DNA of 64,000 bases from Paramoeba atlantica. Its lineage: Eukaryota; Protista; Discosea. The stretch's first letter is position 1. The number at the start of each line of letters is the position of its first letter. Made by a program: the position numbers and the translations under genes. Positions 11,030 through 21,691 of this stretch are shown in pieces. The notes under the pieces were generated by a model that saw only the letters and a program-made list of their open reading frames with translations, was not told where the DNA came from and ran no database searches. The stretch is from the NCBI GenBank assembly GCA_977017575.1, contig CDRNVI010000026.1, forward strand, positions 310,001 to 374,000. Reading direction: 5' to 3'.

Positions 11030-12907
11030 CAGGGGTGCGGGTCTAAAGGGGGGGTCTAAAATTCGTAAAAGTTGTCCAATTTTGGAAAATAATAGCGCAT
11101 TGGATAGCTCTCACAGAGTTGTATGTTTTAGGCGCATTAAAATCCTGCGATTTTAACGTACATTTTTTTTGATACCATATTTCGCTTTTTTCCCTTGCAG
11201 AAATTACATTTTTTACTAGAAAATGCCCCAAAAGCGCGCTCGCTCGAGGACTTCCCGTGGAGTACTGAGCGATAGATCGTATTCTTCCCCCGCCCCCGTC
11301 AAAGAGAGAAATTTTTGATCAGGCTATGAAAAAGCCACGGGGCTTTCTTCAATATCTAAAGCGACATCCAGCGGCCACGATTGCCATGGACAACTGCCCG
11401 GCCCACAACAAGGCGCGTGCCACGTTCCGTGATACAGGAATTTCCGTTCTTCCCTGGCCTGCAAAATCTCCAGACCTGAATCCGATCGAAAATTTGTGGT
11501 CTGTGATGGACACAGACAAAAATCTTCTTCGACCCCGAAATCGACAGCAACTGGAAGCCGCTATTGAGGGGTCTTTCCTTAAATTGAAACAGACCCACTC
11601 TGCAACGGTTCAGAAAACGTTGAAGAGTTTCAGGAAGCGTTGTGAAATTGTTATTAGTCGGAACGGGGGGCACTGTGGTTACTAATTGTCTTTTGCAATC
11701 CAAATTACAGAAATTATTGACACCACTAAAGTATTGCAATATGTGTTTTTGACCCTTACATGAACGGGGGGTACCCCCCAAACCCCGGAAGCTACCTACA
11801 CTGTCCCCCCCCTACTTATGCGCAACCGTTTGACCCGGCCAATTAAGCAATTTTGACGCATCGTTCAGAAGAACAGCGCCGCAAAGCGGCGCAATTTGTT
11901 TTTTTGTAGTACGAATTTTTGTACAGATTTTCGCCGCTCTTGAAATGGAGAGTCCCTTTGGGCGTTCAAAAATGATCTCCAGCGATCTCCTCTGATCCAC
12001 ACTGATCTCCACCGGTCTGTACGGCGAGTCTTTGCATACTATACTGTACTGTACATCAGAGGAACTCTCCTGCCACGTACTGTACGTTTTTGAAATGATC
12101 AGCGCACCAGCGTGCGGAACCGCCTAGATGTGGGGCGGGTAAAGATAACGTGGGTAATTGCACTACAAGTGCATGATAAACTAAACTTTAATTTATAAAT
12201 TTATTTCGGACCCACGCTCTTAAAAGTCCGTTCTTTTCCTACAATTGATCGGGTGCTCGCAAAAAAGGCACTTACCTCGTGATGTGGTCATTTGCGGGCA
12301 TAAGTAACCATACAAGCGAAGTACTGTACCTCCTCCCTAGTTATCTCTCACACGTCACCCCCTGTCCGACTGATCTTCCAATGAATCGGTAAACACTTCG
12401 AACCTCGAAAAAATACCCACAGCGTTCGCAACCGGTCGCGATTGGTTGCCACCGTTCGACAACGAGCTACAGGTACCGTCTGCACCCCTCCACTGATGGT
12501 ACTAACGCCGACCAACTACCATTTTCATTAATTATATTTTATAGATATAAAAATGGGCGAAGTAAAAAGTGGGGGTCACAGTAATTATAACTCATTTTTT
12601 TTATAAAATATAATTTATAGAAATTAGAGGGGGAGTATATAAAAAGCAGCCCCCCGGGGCACCCCGCGTACATAACTCATGATTAAAACACGCGTCACGA
12701 AGAGGCGAGAAAAATTTTTTTCACCCCTTTTTTTGACCCGGCTACTTATGCGCAATTTTAGGCCAAAACCTGGTTGCGCTTAAGTGGGGGGGGGACAGTA
12801 TCCTAAAACATACAACTCTGTGAGAGCTATCCAATGCGCTATTATTTTCCAAAATTGGACAACTTTTACGAATTTTAGACCCCCCCACCTTTAGATTCGC
12901 ACCCCTG
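11030..12907 (+). mobile_element. Tc1-like element with ~100-bp TIRs and a partial DDE domain (11326-11685)
   Basis: TA|CAGGGGTGCG...CGCACCCCTG|TA; MDNCPAH...WPAKSPDLNPIENLW. Removing it with one TA restores the CRE frame LTQCDLCLFRKDD. Confidence 0.9.
11801..12798. mobile_element. MITE nested in the Tc1 element; contains a further CTGT...ACAG unit at 12324-12581
   Basis: CTGTCCCCCCCCTACTTATGCGCAACC...GGTTGCGCTTAAGTGGGGGGGGGACAG|TA. Confidence 0.75.
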
Positions 12908-13374
12908 TAAGTCGCACTGCGTTAGGGCATTTCGTAGGCCTGGTGGAGCTGTGCTTTACAACGCTTGCTTTACAATCCAGACGACTTATGCTAGAACATG
13001 TTCGTCCATAAGGAGGGGGAACAAGAGTTCGCGGGTCCAACCTGAGGGGCCAGGAGCTGAGCCTCGTGGCATCCGCCGATTCGCTTCAATGATATCTGGA
13101 CCAGCTACGTTGACCGCAGTGTCCTTAGAGGGGCGCGGCATAGGGAAGCGATAACTGCGTGGGTGTAAAACGGCCGCGGCCCGCTTTATCTCTGCTGGGG
13201 TGAGAGGATCTCTCTCCGTACTGTCTAGGGCGCGCGTGGCCTTCGATATCGCTAAGGAGTCTAAGCGATCGTTTCTCTGCCGCTGAGGATTTGTCCTTAG
13301 CTGGAGTAATGGGCGTTTTCGGAGGATTGCATTCCTGATCAGGTTTTAAAAAACGTGAACGAAGTTCGTGCGCC

Positions 13375-13629
13375 AGCTGTCGGTGGCTTAGGTTTTCTGA
13401 GGGGATAAAAAGGTAACGTTCGACGGCCCCAAGAAGGTGTCAGGCTACATTGAGCTTTTCGACTTCCGATGCAGAAGAGAATCCTATTGTAATACCACGG
13501 TATTACAAGCTGTCGGTGGCTTAGGTTTTCTGAGGGGATAAAAAGGTAACGTTCGACGGCCCCAAGAAGGTGTCAGGCTACATTGAGCTTTTCGACTTCC
13601 GATGCAGAAGAGGATCCTATTGTAATACC
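13375..13629. repeat. 133-bp-period tandem duplication within the CRE element, with a fold-back junction
   Basis: 13375-13496 is repeated at 13508-13629; the junction reads TGTAATACC-AC-GGTATTACA. Confidence 0.9.
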
Positions 13630-15352
13630 GTGACAGATGTCACGCCAGGCGCTATTTGGACGTGATTTAATTTGCGATAGATTGAGCGGGCGAGTAATCG
13701 TTCATATTCCAGTCTGCCAGTGGGGACAGTGCCAGGTGGATTTTTTTGTGTTCTTTTGGATGATTCAATTTCGCGTGCTACATCCTCCAGTATTATGGAT
13801 GGGGTATTTCTACTGGGACTGTTGGAAGCATGTGCTTTGTCCTTCATAGTTACCTCCAAGACTTCATCAATGGCCAACACTCCCTTCGCAGATGACTTCG
13901 ATCCTTTCGGACGGCCTCGAGGACGCTTGGGGTCGGGATTCCATTCCACGCAGCCTCGTAGAAAAGTTACTTGTTGTTGCTCTGCAGTCCAGCCAGTTTT
14001 TGCTTTAAAGTCAGAGTATTTAGGGGCTAAAAGACGATGAGGGCCGGGATTCCACTCTACTCCACCTCGCACAAGTCCGAGCTCAATCTGGGTTTTATTC
14101 CATCCTGAGTCGGCAATCATGTCCTCAGTTGATAGGTAGCACCATAGAGGCCCTTCAGGGGAGGGAATTTCTCTCCAGGCAGCGGTGAACTCCATATCGA
14201 TACCGATTTGGTGACAGAGAGCGGAGGGATATCGGTCCGGGGGTGTGCTTAAAGGAATGGCGATGGGGGTGTGTCCTATAGGGTGGCTGAAAATTGAGGC
14301 CCTATGACAAGGACTTGTGCTAGGCTTGGGTGCGCATTGAAGTGCAGCGCTCACGGAGGTGCTCGCAGGAAGTTGTCGTATAGTGCAGCTAAGGTCTAAG
14401 TTAATACCAGAGATTTAAATAAGACGGACAACAAAATGTGCTCAGAATTTACTGGATCGATTCCAGCATCAACGGCAATTCCGTACACCATGTGTAAGTC
14501 AACGACAGCGCAAAGCTTCTCCCAGACTTCGTGGGCTAAAATTTCAGTATTGATGCCATTGCTTCAAATTTGTTTCCGGAATAGCCTTTTTGATAACATT
14601 GGGTGGAAGGTCGGGGCGGAGATCCTCATACTTGCGAATCAGCCAAACGAATTTACTCGACGGAAGGTTTGTCAGGGTCTGTAGACATGGGAGCACCTTC
14701 CCAGCGAATTTTTGAACGGCCGCTCTCTGAGTAAACGAAACCTGCGCAGTCACCAAGCGAGCTCGCTCCACGCCCTCACGACGCTCGCGCACATGTTTAT
14801 GATAGACATTTTTAAATCGGCAATGAGATTGGAACGTGCAACCCTCTGTCGTGCACACAAAGTGCACTTTTTGGTTAAGGAGGTCTGTGAGAACATCCGC
14901 GTGTTCATGCGGACAGTTTAGCGGGCAACGAGCCAAATTAAAATTAACAGACTAAGACTTCGCCGTCATCTTGTGCCGCTCGTTCCGCTTTGATCGCTTT
15001 GGGTCCGGTGTCACTATCTAATCTTCAGATCTTGATTCAGATGAAGGGAGCGGTTCGCGCGTACTGACTGTCGATGATCTTCGTTTGGGCATGTGATAAA
15101 TTATTTAACACATGCCCAAACGAAGATTCTTTATTTAAAATAGAAGATAACGCTATCAGCAAAGTAAATGATATTATGATTGAAGGAAAAAGAATTCCAA
15201 GAATTTTCCTATAGATATACAAAAATAAATGATTTAATGTCATGTAAGGTACAACTTTTCAGTTCCTGTCATCGAGCGGGTAAACGTGGGTAACACGGGT
15301 AAATGGGTAATTTCCCGGGTAATTACCCATTTACCCGGCAGGGGTATGACTA

Positions 15353-15806
15353 CTGTACCCCGCCCTAGTTATCTGTCACTACTTTTCGGGAAAAGATGAC
15401 AGATAAGTGGGGAGCCGTACGAGTGTGACAGATAACTAGGGGGGTCAATGTGTGGAATATAACTAAGGGGGTCTATCACCAAAAAATAGAAAGAGGAAAG
15501 AGCTACAAGAAAGACATCTTTAATCCCTAGAAAATTCCTGTCTACCCAGGATTTCTTTCTTTTCTTCCTATACGACCATTCATGTTCAAACTTAAAAGAA
15601 AGGAATTAGAGGTTTCGTATTTTGGAAAAAGACGAAAAAAGTGACAGTTAACTAGCGAGGGCGATGACGTGTGACAGATAACTAGGGGGGTTCGTTGTTG
15701 ATGAAAATAAATTTTATTTTCATTTTATTTAATAATATGAAGGGCCAGAAAATGACAGATAACTTGGGGGGTGGTGCCGTGTGACCGATAAGTAGGGGTA
15801 TTACAC
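15353..15806. mobile_element. MITE carrying multiple TGACAGATAACTAGGGG motifs
   Basis: TA|CTGTACCCCGCCCTAGTTATCTGTCACAC left end; inverted motif copies near 15424, 15670, 15755 and 15780. Confidence 0.65.
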
Positions 15807-15955
15807 TATTTATAGTAAAAAAATACTTTCATCCCCAGAAAAAAGAATTTTATAAAAACGTTGCCGCAAACTCTGGTAAAATCCTTGACGGAGCCCAAAA
15901 GATATCGTCCTATCCCGTTTACTCTTGTATTCAGAATGGTTTCAACACGATATAG

Positions 15956-16015
15956 TACCCTTTTTATACCCTTTTTGCACCCCTTTTATACCCTTTTTAT
16001 ACCCCTTTTATACCC
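15956..16015. repeat. ~11-bp tandem repeat (TACCCTTTTTA) x5
   Basis: Read directly from the sequence. Confidence 0.8.
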
Positions 16016-16186
16016 AGAGATCTGCAAAATCAACAAAAATTAGCCAAAACAGCTACACGAGCCAAAAATGGCAGGTATAACAGCTTTCGCCCCCCCCCCT
16101 GTATAGTCTAATCGAAAGCGTGCAAACGTGATTCAATCCCACTCTTTTTTTGTAACGTGGGGACATTTTTAACGTCACTGTAGCAG

Positions 16187-18637
16187 GTGCCATTCCCCCT
16201 AATTCGGTCAGACTCATTATTCCTTGACCTACCTGTATGTTTATCATCATTTCGACTTTTCTTTCTGAGTAGATGTTTCGTACCGCCCAACCTTCGTGAG
16301 ATGAGCACCGCGCCGGTACGTCTTGCTTCTCTCACCACCATCCCCGAATTTCGCAAACTATGCGGCCTTTCGGTTTACCAAATTCATCGTTACTTAGAAG
16401 CTTACAATGTTTTGCACATTCCAGAAGGGTCAGAAAAACCAAGTAAAGCTCAATTCGTCCCCTTTCGCGTCGCGCGAAACCTTCTACGGGAAATTTCTCC
16501 AGGATGTGTTGTGCAATACTACGAACGGGATCGATTTGTAAACCCTAAATTGTTCCAAGTGGGACCACAGCGTCCCCCCGTTGCATGTATTGCAGGCCAT
16601 ATCGCGCACGGCAAAACGACTCTACTCGACTCATTGCAGCGTTCTGCTCTTGCCAAATCCGAATCCGGCCGCATTACACAAACCATACGCGCATTCAATG
16701 TTCCTGTTCAACCACTTTCACCCAACCAAGAGCAAGCACCGCTTCTGGGAGCTCAAACACCAGCGAACCGACGACTTGCCGGCTGGCTGCCGCCACACCT
16801 ACAGTCAGTAACTCTCATCGACACGCCTGGTCATCGCGTTTTCTCCGAAATGCGACTCCACGGACTTCAAATCGCTGACATCGTGCTTGTTCTCATCGCT
16901 CTCGATGAGGGCGTTCGCGGACAAACCACGGAAGTCATCCTTTCCTGCCTCGAGCTTCGCAAACCCATCGTTTTTGCTTTCAACAAAGCCGACCTTTTCC
17001 ATGATCCCACCGCGCTCGCGTCCCGGCTCAACACCATCGCCTCCGATTTACACCATCTTAAAATCGATCTCCATCCCATAACCTCATTGTCCTCTCTTTC
17101 CCAGTTCCTCAATAATTCTCACCCAACGGGTTCCAACCCCACAAGTTCTAGGAGTACCCAAATCCCTTCTTCCACCCACCGTTCACCCGCACTCTGTATC
17201 TCCGCACTCCACGGCACCCACCTCCCTCTCCTCCTTCACCTCCTGTCTCACTATGCCTCCTCCTTCCTTACCCCCTCCTCCTCCCATCCCCATCCCCGGG
17301 GGTCCCTCCGCTATTCCCATCGTAGCTCCTCTACAACTACGAACCCTACGACGAGCACGAACACTACAACTGATACTAACCCTACGACGAGTACGAACAC
17401 TACGAATACTGAACCTACGACCAGTACTAACACTAGTGCTAGAAGTACGACTAGTACTATGCCTACAACCACTAACCCTACTACTAAACCTACGACGACT
17501 AGCGCTACGACGACTAACCCTACGACTCCTTACCCTACGACGAGTACGAACCCTACTACTCGTACTACGAACACTCCTTATACGACAAGTAGGAGCAGTA
17601 CGAGTGGTCGTAGGGGTTGTCGTGGTCGTCGTAGTCCTGGTCGTACGCCGTATACTACCAGTAGTAGTACGAGTCGTCCTACGCGTACTGCAACGACTAC
17701 GACTACCCCTACGACCCAAGCGGTCATCCTCGAGAGCTTCCGCGACCCCGGGACCTCCTCGCTGGTCGCGAGCACGCTGGTGCGCTCCGGGACCCTTCGC
17801 CGCGGGATGTGGTTCCTCGCGGACCGCAACTACGGCCGGGTCGTGGGGCTCACGAACGCGTGGGGGGTGGGCGTCCCCGAGGGCAGGCCCGGGGTCCCGG
17901 TGAACGTGCACGGGCTGCAGCTCAACGGGTGCCCCGGGGTGGGGACCCACGTGCTGGTGGTGGGGACCCGGGAGGCGACCGCGGACGTGGCACGGTTCCG
18001 CGCGATGCTGCTGCTGTTCGTGGAGCGCCACCCCAGGGCGCTGGGGCTGCTGCGGCCGGAGGGGATGAACACGGATTTCTTGCATTTGGGGAATTTCGGA
18101 CAGCTCGAGCGGGATAACTCGTTGGCGTTTCGGTTGACGCAAAGGGGGGTGGGGGAGCAAGCGGAGGGGATGGGGAAGGGGGGGGCGGAGGTGCCGTTGG
18201 AGGGGGTGATGGAGGCGGCCCCGCCGGATCACACGGAGGCCCATAAGCATACGCCGCGGAAGCAGTTGCGGCTGTGCTTGCTCGTGGATACGTGGCACAG
18301 TGCGCGTATGATGATGCGGGAGCTTACGCGTCTGTCCTCGGAACACGTACAGGTGGCGTTGCTGACGCTCTCTGTGGGTCAGCTCACGGAGAGGCAAATC
18401 AAGGCCGCGTTGCTGGCGCAAGCGGATATGTTTCTCTGCTACCGTGCAGAGGTTGGGAATGCGAAGGCAGAGCGTCATGCAAAGGAGCGCAGTTTACCCA
18501 TTCGTAAGTTTTCCGTGTTTATTGACGTTTTGGAGCTCGTCCGGGGTCTCATTGAGGAACGGGATAAGGAATGGAAGAGTGAACGTGAGGCGACACATCG
18601 CGATGCCTATGCTGCAGCGTTTATCCCCGCCCTGTGA
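16187..18637 (+). CDS. Mitochondrial-type translation initiation factor 2-like GTPase with a Thr-rich insert; likely start 16301
   Basis: GHIAHGKTTLLD, GRITQTIRAF, DTPGH, NKAD; domain II (VILESFRDPG...LVRSGTLRRG) and a domain III-like segment; no recognisable C2/domain IV. Confidence 0.8.
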   Translation: MPFPLIRSDSLFLDLPVCLSSFRLFFLSRCFVPPNLREMSTAPVRLASLTTIPEFRKLCGLSVYQIHRYLEAYNVLHIPEGSEKPSKAQFVPFRVARNLLREISPGCVVQYYERDRFVNPKLFQVGPQRPPVACIAGHIAHGKTTLLDSLQRSALAKSESGRITQTIRAFNVPVQPLSPNQEQAPLLGAQTPANRRLAGWLPPHLQSVTLIDTPGHRVFSEMRLHGLQIADIVLVLIALDEGVRGQTTEVILSCLELRKPIVFAFNKADLFHDPTALASRLNTIASDLHHLKIDLHPITSLSSLSQFLNNSHPTGSNPTSSRSTQIPSSTHRSPALCISALHGTHLPLLLHLLSHYASSFLTPSSSHPHPRGSLRYSHRSSSTTTNPTTSTNTTTDTNPTTSTNTTNTEPTTSTNTSARSTTSTMPTTTNPTTKPTTTSATTTNPTTPYPTTSTNPTTRTTNTPYTTSRSSTSGRRGCRGRRSPGRTPYTTSSSTSRPTRTATTTTTPTTQAVILESFRDPGTSSLVASTLVRSGTLRRGMWFLADRNYGRVVGLTNAWGVGVPEGRPGVPVNVHGLQLNGCPGVGTHVLVVGTREATADVARFRAMLLLFVERHPRALGLLRPEGMNTDFLHLGNFGQLERDNSLAFRLTQRGVGEQAEGMGKGGAEVPLEGVMEAAPPDHTEAHKHTPRKQLRLCLLVDTWHSARMMMRELTRLSSEHVQVALLTLSVGQLTERQIKAALLAQADMFLCYRAEVGNAKAERHAKERSLPIRKFSVFIDVLELVRGLIEERDKEWKSEREATHRDAYAAAFIPAL

Positions 18638-19323
18638 GCTGCCGACAGCAAGTTTGAGGTTTTGGGTACAGAGTGCAAGCGTTTGGAGAATGACTTCCTA
18701 CCATACAATGCTTTGAATTCAACGAAAACCTGGTTATACATTTTTATCTACATGATACATGTATGTCCGCCCCAGGTGTAACTGTCGACGCACTTAGGAG
18801 TGATTTTCTCTACTTATCCCGTTTGTTTTGTATTTTAAAGAAGCCTACCACTCTGGGACAACGTCGAAATGTGCTTGACTTGGTTCATCCTCATCAGCAC
18901 ATGCTTCTAAAATAGGGGAATGGCTTCTAAAATAAGCGAAACGCCTCTGAAATGGGTGTCGGCGGTTAAGTAGGTAGTATTCCCAACTCGAGCGTTCTCA
19001 TGCAAGTCACCCACGCAATGTTCACCCGCGTCCTCCATGTTACTAATGAATGTCCACGACTATGAATAAAGATTGTGAAGACGAGCAACCTACTGATTGC
19101 CTTAATAAGAGCGCCGGTCAACCAATTTTTGTTCGGGAAAGAGTGAAGCATGGTCATGACATATTTTTTATTTTTTCAAGAAATCATTCTTGCAAAGAAC
19201 ATACAAACCGGAGCGATCAGTTTTATGTAAACTGTTTTCTAACAACATTTTTTATAAACGGTTTAAGTAGGGCAGCAGGCCTGCGACCAGCTAGATACGA
19301 TTTCACAGTGACCTAGGCATGAG

Positions 19324-20178
19324 ATGTACAATAACGAATTAGCACTTTTTTCAACCTTCATACTCATGATGAAGTTTTTACCCACTTACGGCGCCGATCA
19401 TCAATCAAGCCTTCGGCGTGGACGTATTGATGGTTCTCTTTTGCCCCCAGAAGCACTACTGTGGCATTTGACCGCAAACATAGACTACCGACATCCCAGT
19501 TGGGTACTTGAGAAACGAAACTTTTTCCGCACCTCGCGCGTGTCGCCTTGCACGTGGGCTGGTGTAACATGTGACGCACATAAAACCGTTGTGTCACTTG
19601 ATTGGTCAAGAGAAAGTTTGTCTCATCCCATCAAATATCACATGCAGGGGAATCTCACGTGGGAGAACTTACCACGAACCTTACAATCCGTCAGTGTCGC
19701 TCGACACCTTCTCCATGGTACGATGGATACGCGCGTGTTCCCCCCCGAATTAACTTCCTTTACGACGTCCGAAAACGGGCAATCCGGTCCAATCGATCTC
19801 TCTTCCCTTCCCTCGGGAATCACCACCGTACGATTTAATGTTAATGCACACACCGGGACTGTCGATCTCACTTCTCTCCCTGCTGGCCTTGTCTGCCTGA
19901 ACCTTTCGCGAAATTTATTTACGGGGGAAATTGATCTCGGTTCTCTTCCAGGATCGTTACGTCGGCTTGTGCTCAGCAACAACCGACTTAGTGGGATTGT
20001 GGATTTTACGGCCATCCACGAACGTCGAGAAGTAGAAAGGGAAAAGGATATAGGCATTCTAACCATGCTTAGAGTCAACTTGGAACACAATTACTTTTCG
20101 CGCTATGTACCCGCAGGACCTTTGCCAAGGTTTGTGCCATGGGATCCCATGTCTCCGGATGAGAGTTCTGAACACTAA
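19324..20178 (+). CDS. LRR family protein
   Basis: HPSW...PCTWAGVTC cap; repeats such as LNLSRNLFTGEIDLGSLPGSLRRLVLSNNRLSG. Confidence 0.85.
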   Translation: MYNNELALFSTFILMMKFLPTYGADHQSSLRRGRIDGSLLPPEALLWHLTANIDYRHPSWVLEKRNFFRTSRVSPCTWAGVTCDAHKTVVSLDWSRESLSHPIKYHMQGNLTWENLPRTLQSVSVARHLLHGTMDTRVFPPELTSFTTSENGQSGPIDLSSLPSGITTVRFNVNAHTGTVDLTSLPAGLVCLNLSRNLFTGEIDLGSLPGSLRRLVLSNNRLSGIVDFTAIHERREVEREKDIGILTMLRVNLEHNYFSRYVPAGPLPRFVPWDPMSPDESSEH

Positions 20179-20665
20179 GTCTTCTACATTATCGACTTAG
20201 CTGAATAATGGTTGCATTGGGCGAAATATGTCTTTTCTTTTTTTTAAAAACAAAGTCTTTTGATGGGCTTTTACATTCTGTTTGGAAAAGAAATTGTAAC
20301 AATAATTGTAACAAATGAAGTCTTATTTTAGTCAAAGTCTTATTTTTTCATGTTGATACAAATCGTGTATTAGTGATTCCAGCGCAGTTTATTTAACTAC
20401 TGAATATCAAAATAGGGGGTAAGGTTCAACATTTTTTTTATTTTGTGGGTTGTTCAGTCTTGACACCTAATTTCAAGCGTGTTTTCGATTAAAAAATCAT
20501 TTCTGAAGTTTATGTAATGAATCTTTTGCAGTTTGGAACGCTCTGTTGTTAGTGTATTCTTTACTTGAACAGATTTTTCATCCTTTCTACTCTACTCTTA
20601 TGTTTTCGCCATTTCTTTTTCAATAGAATTTCGTTTTTATTTGTTGTTCTTCCCGCCTTTCTCCT

Positions 20666-21070
20666 ATGCAAAGCGCGCGATTTAAGGCCGCGCGGCACTT
20701 AGGCAAACGTGTTCGCGTGTTCGTCACACCCGCTACTCACCCGTACCACATCGATGGCGTCTTGCGGGCCTTTGATGCTCACATGACCCTTGTGCTTACA
20801 GAGGCGATAGAAACGCGCACAGTGCGACGAAAAAGAGTACAGCCCGATGCAGAAGCTGTAGAAAATACGGAGAAAAAAGCAAAATCAAATGTAGAATTCG
20901 ATGAGGAACAACGATCGCTGGGACTTGTCATTTTGCGCGGAGCCGAGGTGCTGAGCATTGGTGAAGTTCCGCAGGACAAGGCTTCGGCAGATAGGGGACG
21001 GAAAAGAGGACGTGCCGCCAATCTGCCGATTGTAGCAGAGGAAACGAAAACTTCTTTGTTCACAGAGTAG
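20666..21070 (+). CDS. SNRPB: Sm protein, SmB-like
   Basis: Sm1 GVLRAFDAHMTLVL and Sm2 EEQRSLGLVILRGAEVLSI; long loop as in SmB; no RG/proline tail. Confidence 0.7.
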   Translation: MQSARFKAARHLGKRVRVFVTPATHPYHIDGVLRAFDAHMTLVLTEAIETRTVRRKRVQPDAEAVENTEKKAKSNVEFDEEQRSLGLVILRGAEVLSIGEVPQDKASADRGRKRGRAANLPIVAEETKTSLFTE

Positions 21071-21283
21071 CATTTTTTTCAGTATTCCGAAAAATAGCTT
21101 GAATCAAGAATTGCGAAAATATAGACTCATCAAGCATTTTTTGGAACTAATTTTGACACAAGAGTATTTGTGCAGAAAAAATCATTATGTAACGTTGTGA
21201 GATAAATCCCCACATTTTACACTTACCTTTCAATCATAGGAATGTAACTTATCCTCATTTCTTTTCCTACATCCCGCCCTCCC

Positions 21284-21691
21284 ATGGAGGCACAGCGTAG
21301 AATGATCGACGTCGCACGTCGTCGCAAACTGCTCTACGGCCCCGGGGGTCGGATTCGTGTCACGGGGTTCCTGCAACTGCTGTGGACGGATTACCGCACC
21401 CACCTGAAAGTGCTTGTCGGGTGCATGGGGATTGTCTACTTGCACCATTGGATGGCCAACGTGATGTCGCGGGAGACGACGGCGATCGAGCAGCAGTACC
21501 ACACGACCTCGGAACTTGCCATGCGGGACTCCGGGAAGCTGAAAGGGCCGCAGTACATTGCGCGTCCCGGACGTGTGACCTATGATGATGACGTGTATAA
21601 TTTACCCACGATGGCGGGAGACATGATTTTGGGGGATACCCCAAAGCGTCCAAAATGTTTTGAGGAGAATGCGGGGTCCAGTCCAGTGTGA
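21284..21691 (+). CDS. Small hypothetical protein with one hydrophobic segment (possibly mitochondrial membrane)
   Basis: 135-aa ORF on the coding strand after a pyrimidine tract; basic N-terminus; hydrophobic LKVLVGCMGIVYLHHWMANV. Confidence 0.6.
   Translation: MEAQRRMIDVARRRKLLYGPGGRIRVTGFLQLLWTDYRTHLKVLVGCMGIVYLHHWMANVMSRETTAIEQQYHTTSELAMRDSGKLKGPQYIARPGRVTYDDDVYNLPTMAGDMILGDTPKRPKCFEENAGSSPV

Larger units (their letters stand above)
9425..14940 (-). mobile_element. CRE/SLACS-clade non-LTR retrotransposon (Zn finger, RT, RLE), disrupted and interrupted by a Tc1 element
   Basis: GSAPGPSGWTRELL; RPIALGELF; VDLKNAFNTI; GVRQGDPLGPLYF; AYLDDITL; RLE motifs GPDLL...VDVTI...EATKHKTY...PLAFSAFG; Cys/His-rich N-terminal piece at 14544-14936. 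Confidence 0.85.
6580..15352 (-). mobile_element. hAT-like DNA transposon shell enclosing nested insertions
   Basis: Left end TACTCATGCCCCTGCTGGGTAAATGGGTAATT; right end reverse-complemented TAGTCATACCCCTGCCGGGTAAATGGGTAATT. Subterminal GGGTA repeats and an internal hAT-like transposase remnant. 8-bp TSD not recoverable. Confidence 0.6.

Noticed and set aside
15353-15806. Regularly recurring motif resembling a CRISPR array (also 7900-7940 and 50560-50700)
   Set aside because: Irregular spacing, mixed orientation, located within MITE termini, no cas genes, eukaryotic context.
17320-17715. Canonical intron in the IF2-like gene
   Set aside because: Reading frame is uninterrupted and no convincing GT-AG boundaries were seen; kept only as an insert.
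17183-18478. 431-aa minus-strand ORF, and similar long antisense ORFs such as 2816-3697, 36283-36999, 45000-45755 and 45828-46532
   Set aside because: Shadow frames of GC-rich or low-complexity + strand genes; no independent motifs.
18960-19160. Minus-strand peptide FPNKNWLTGALIK resembling an Ulp1 N-terminal motif
   Set aside because: No downstream His/Asp/Cys motifs could be read; too short to support.
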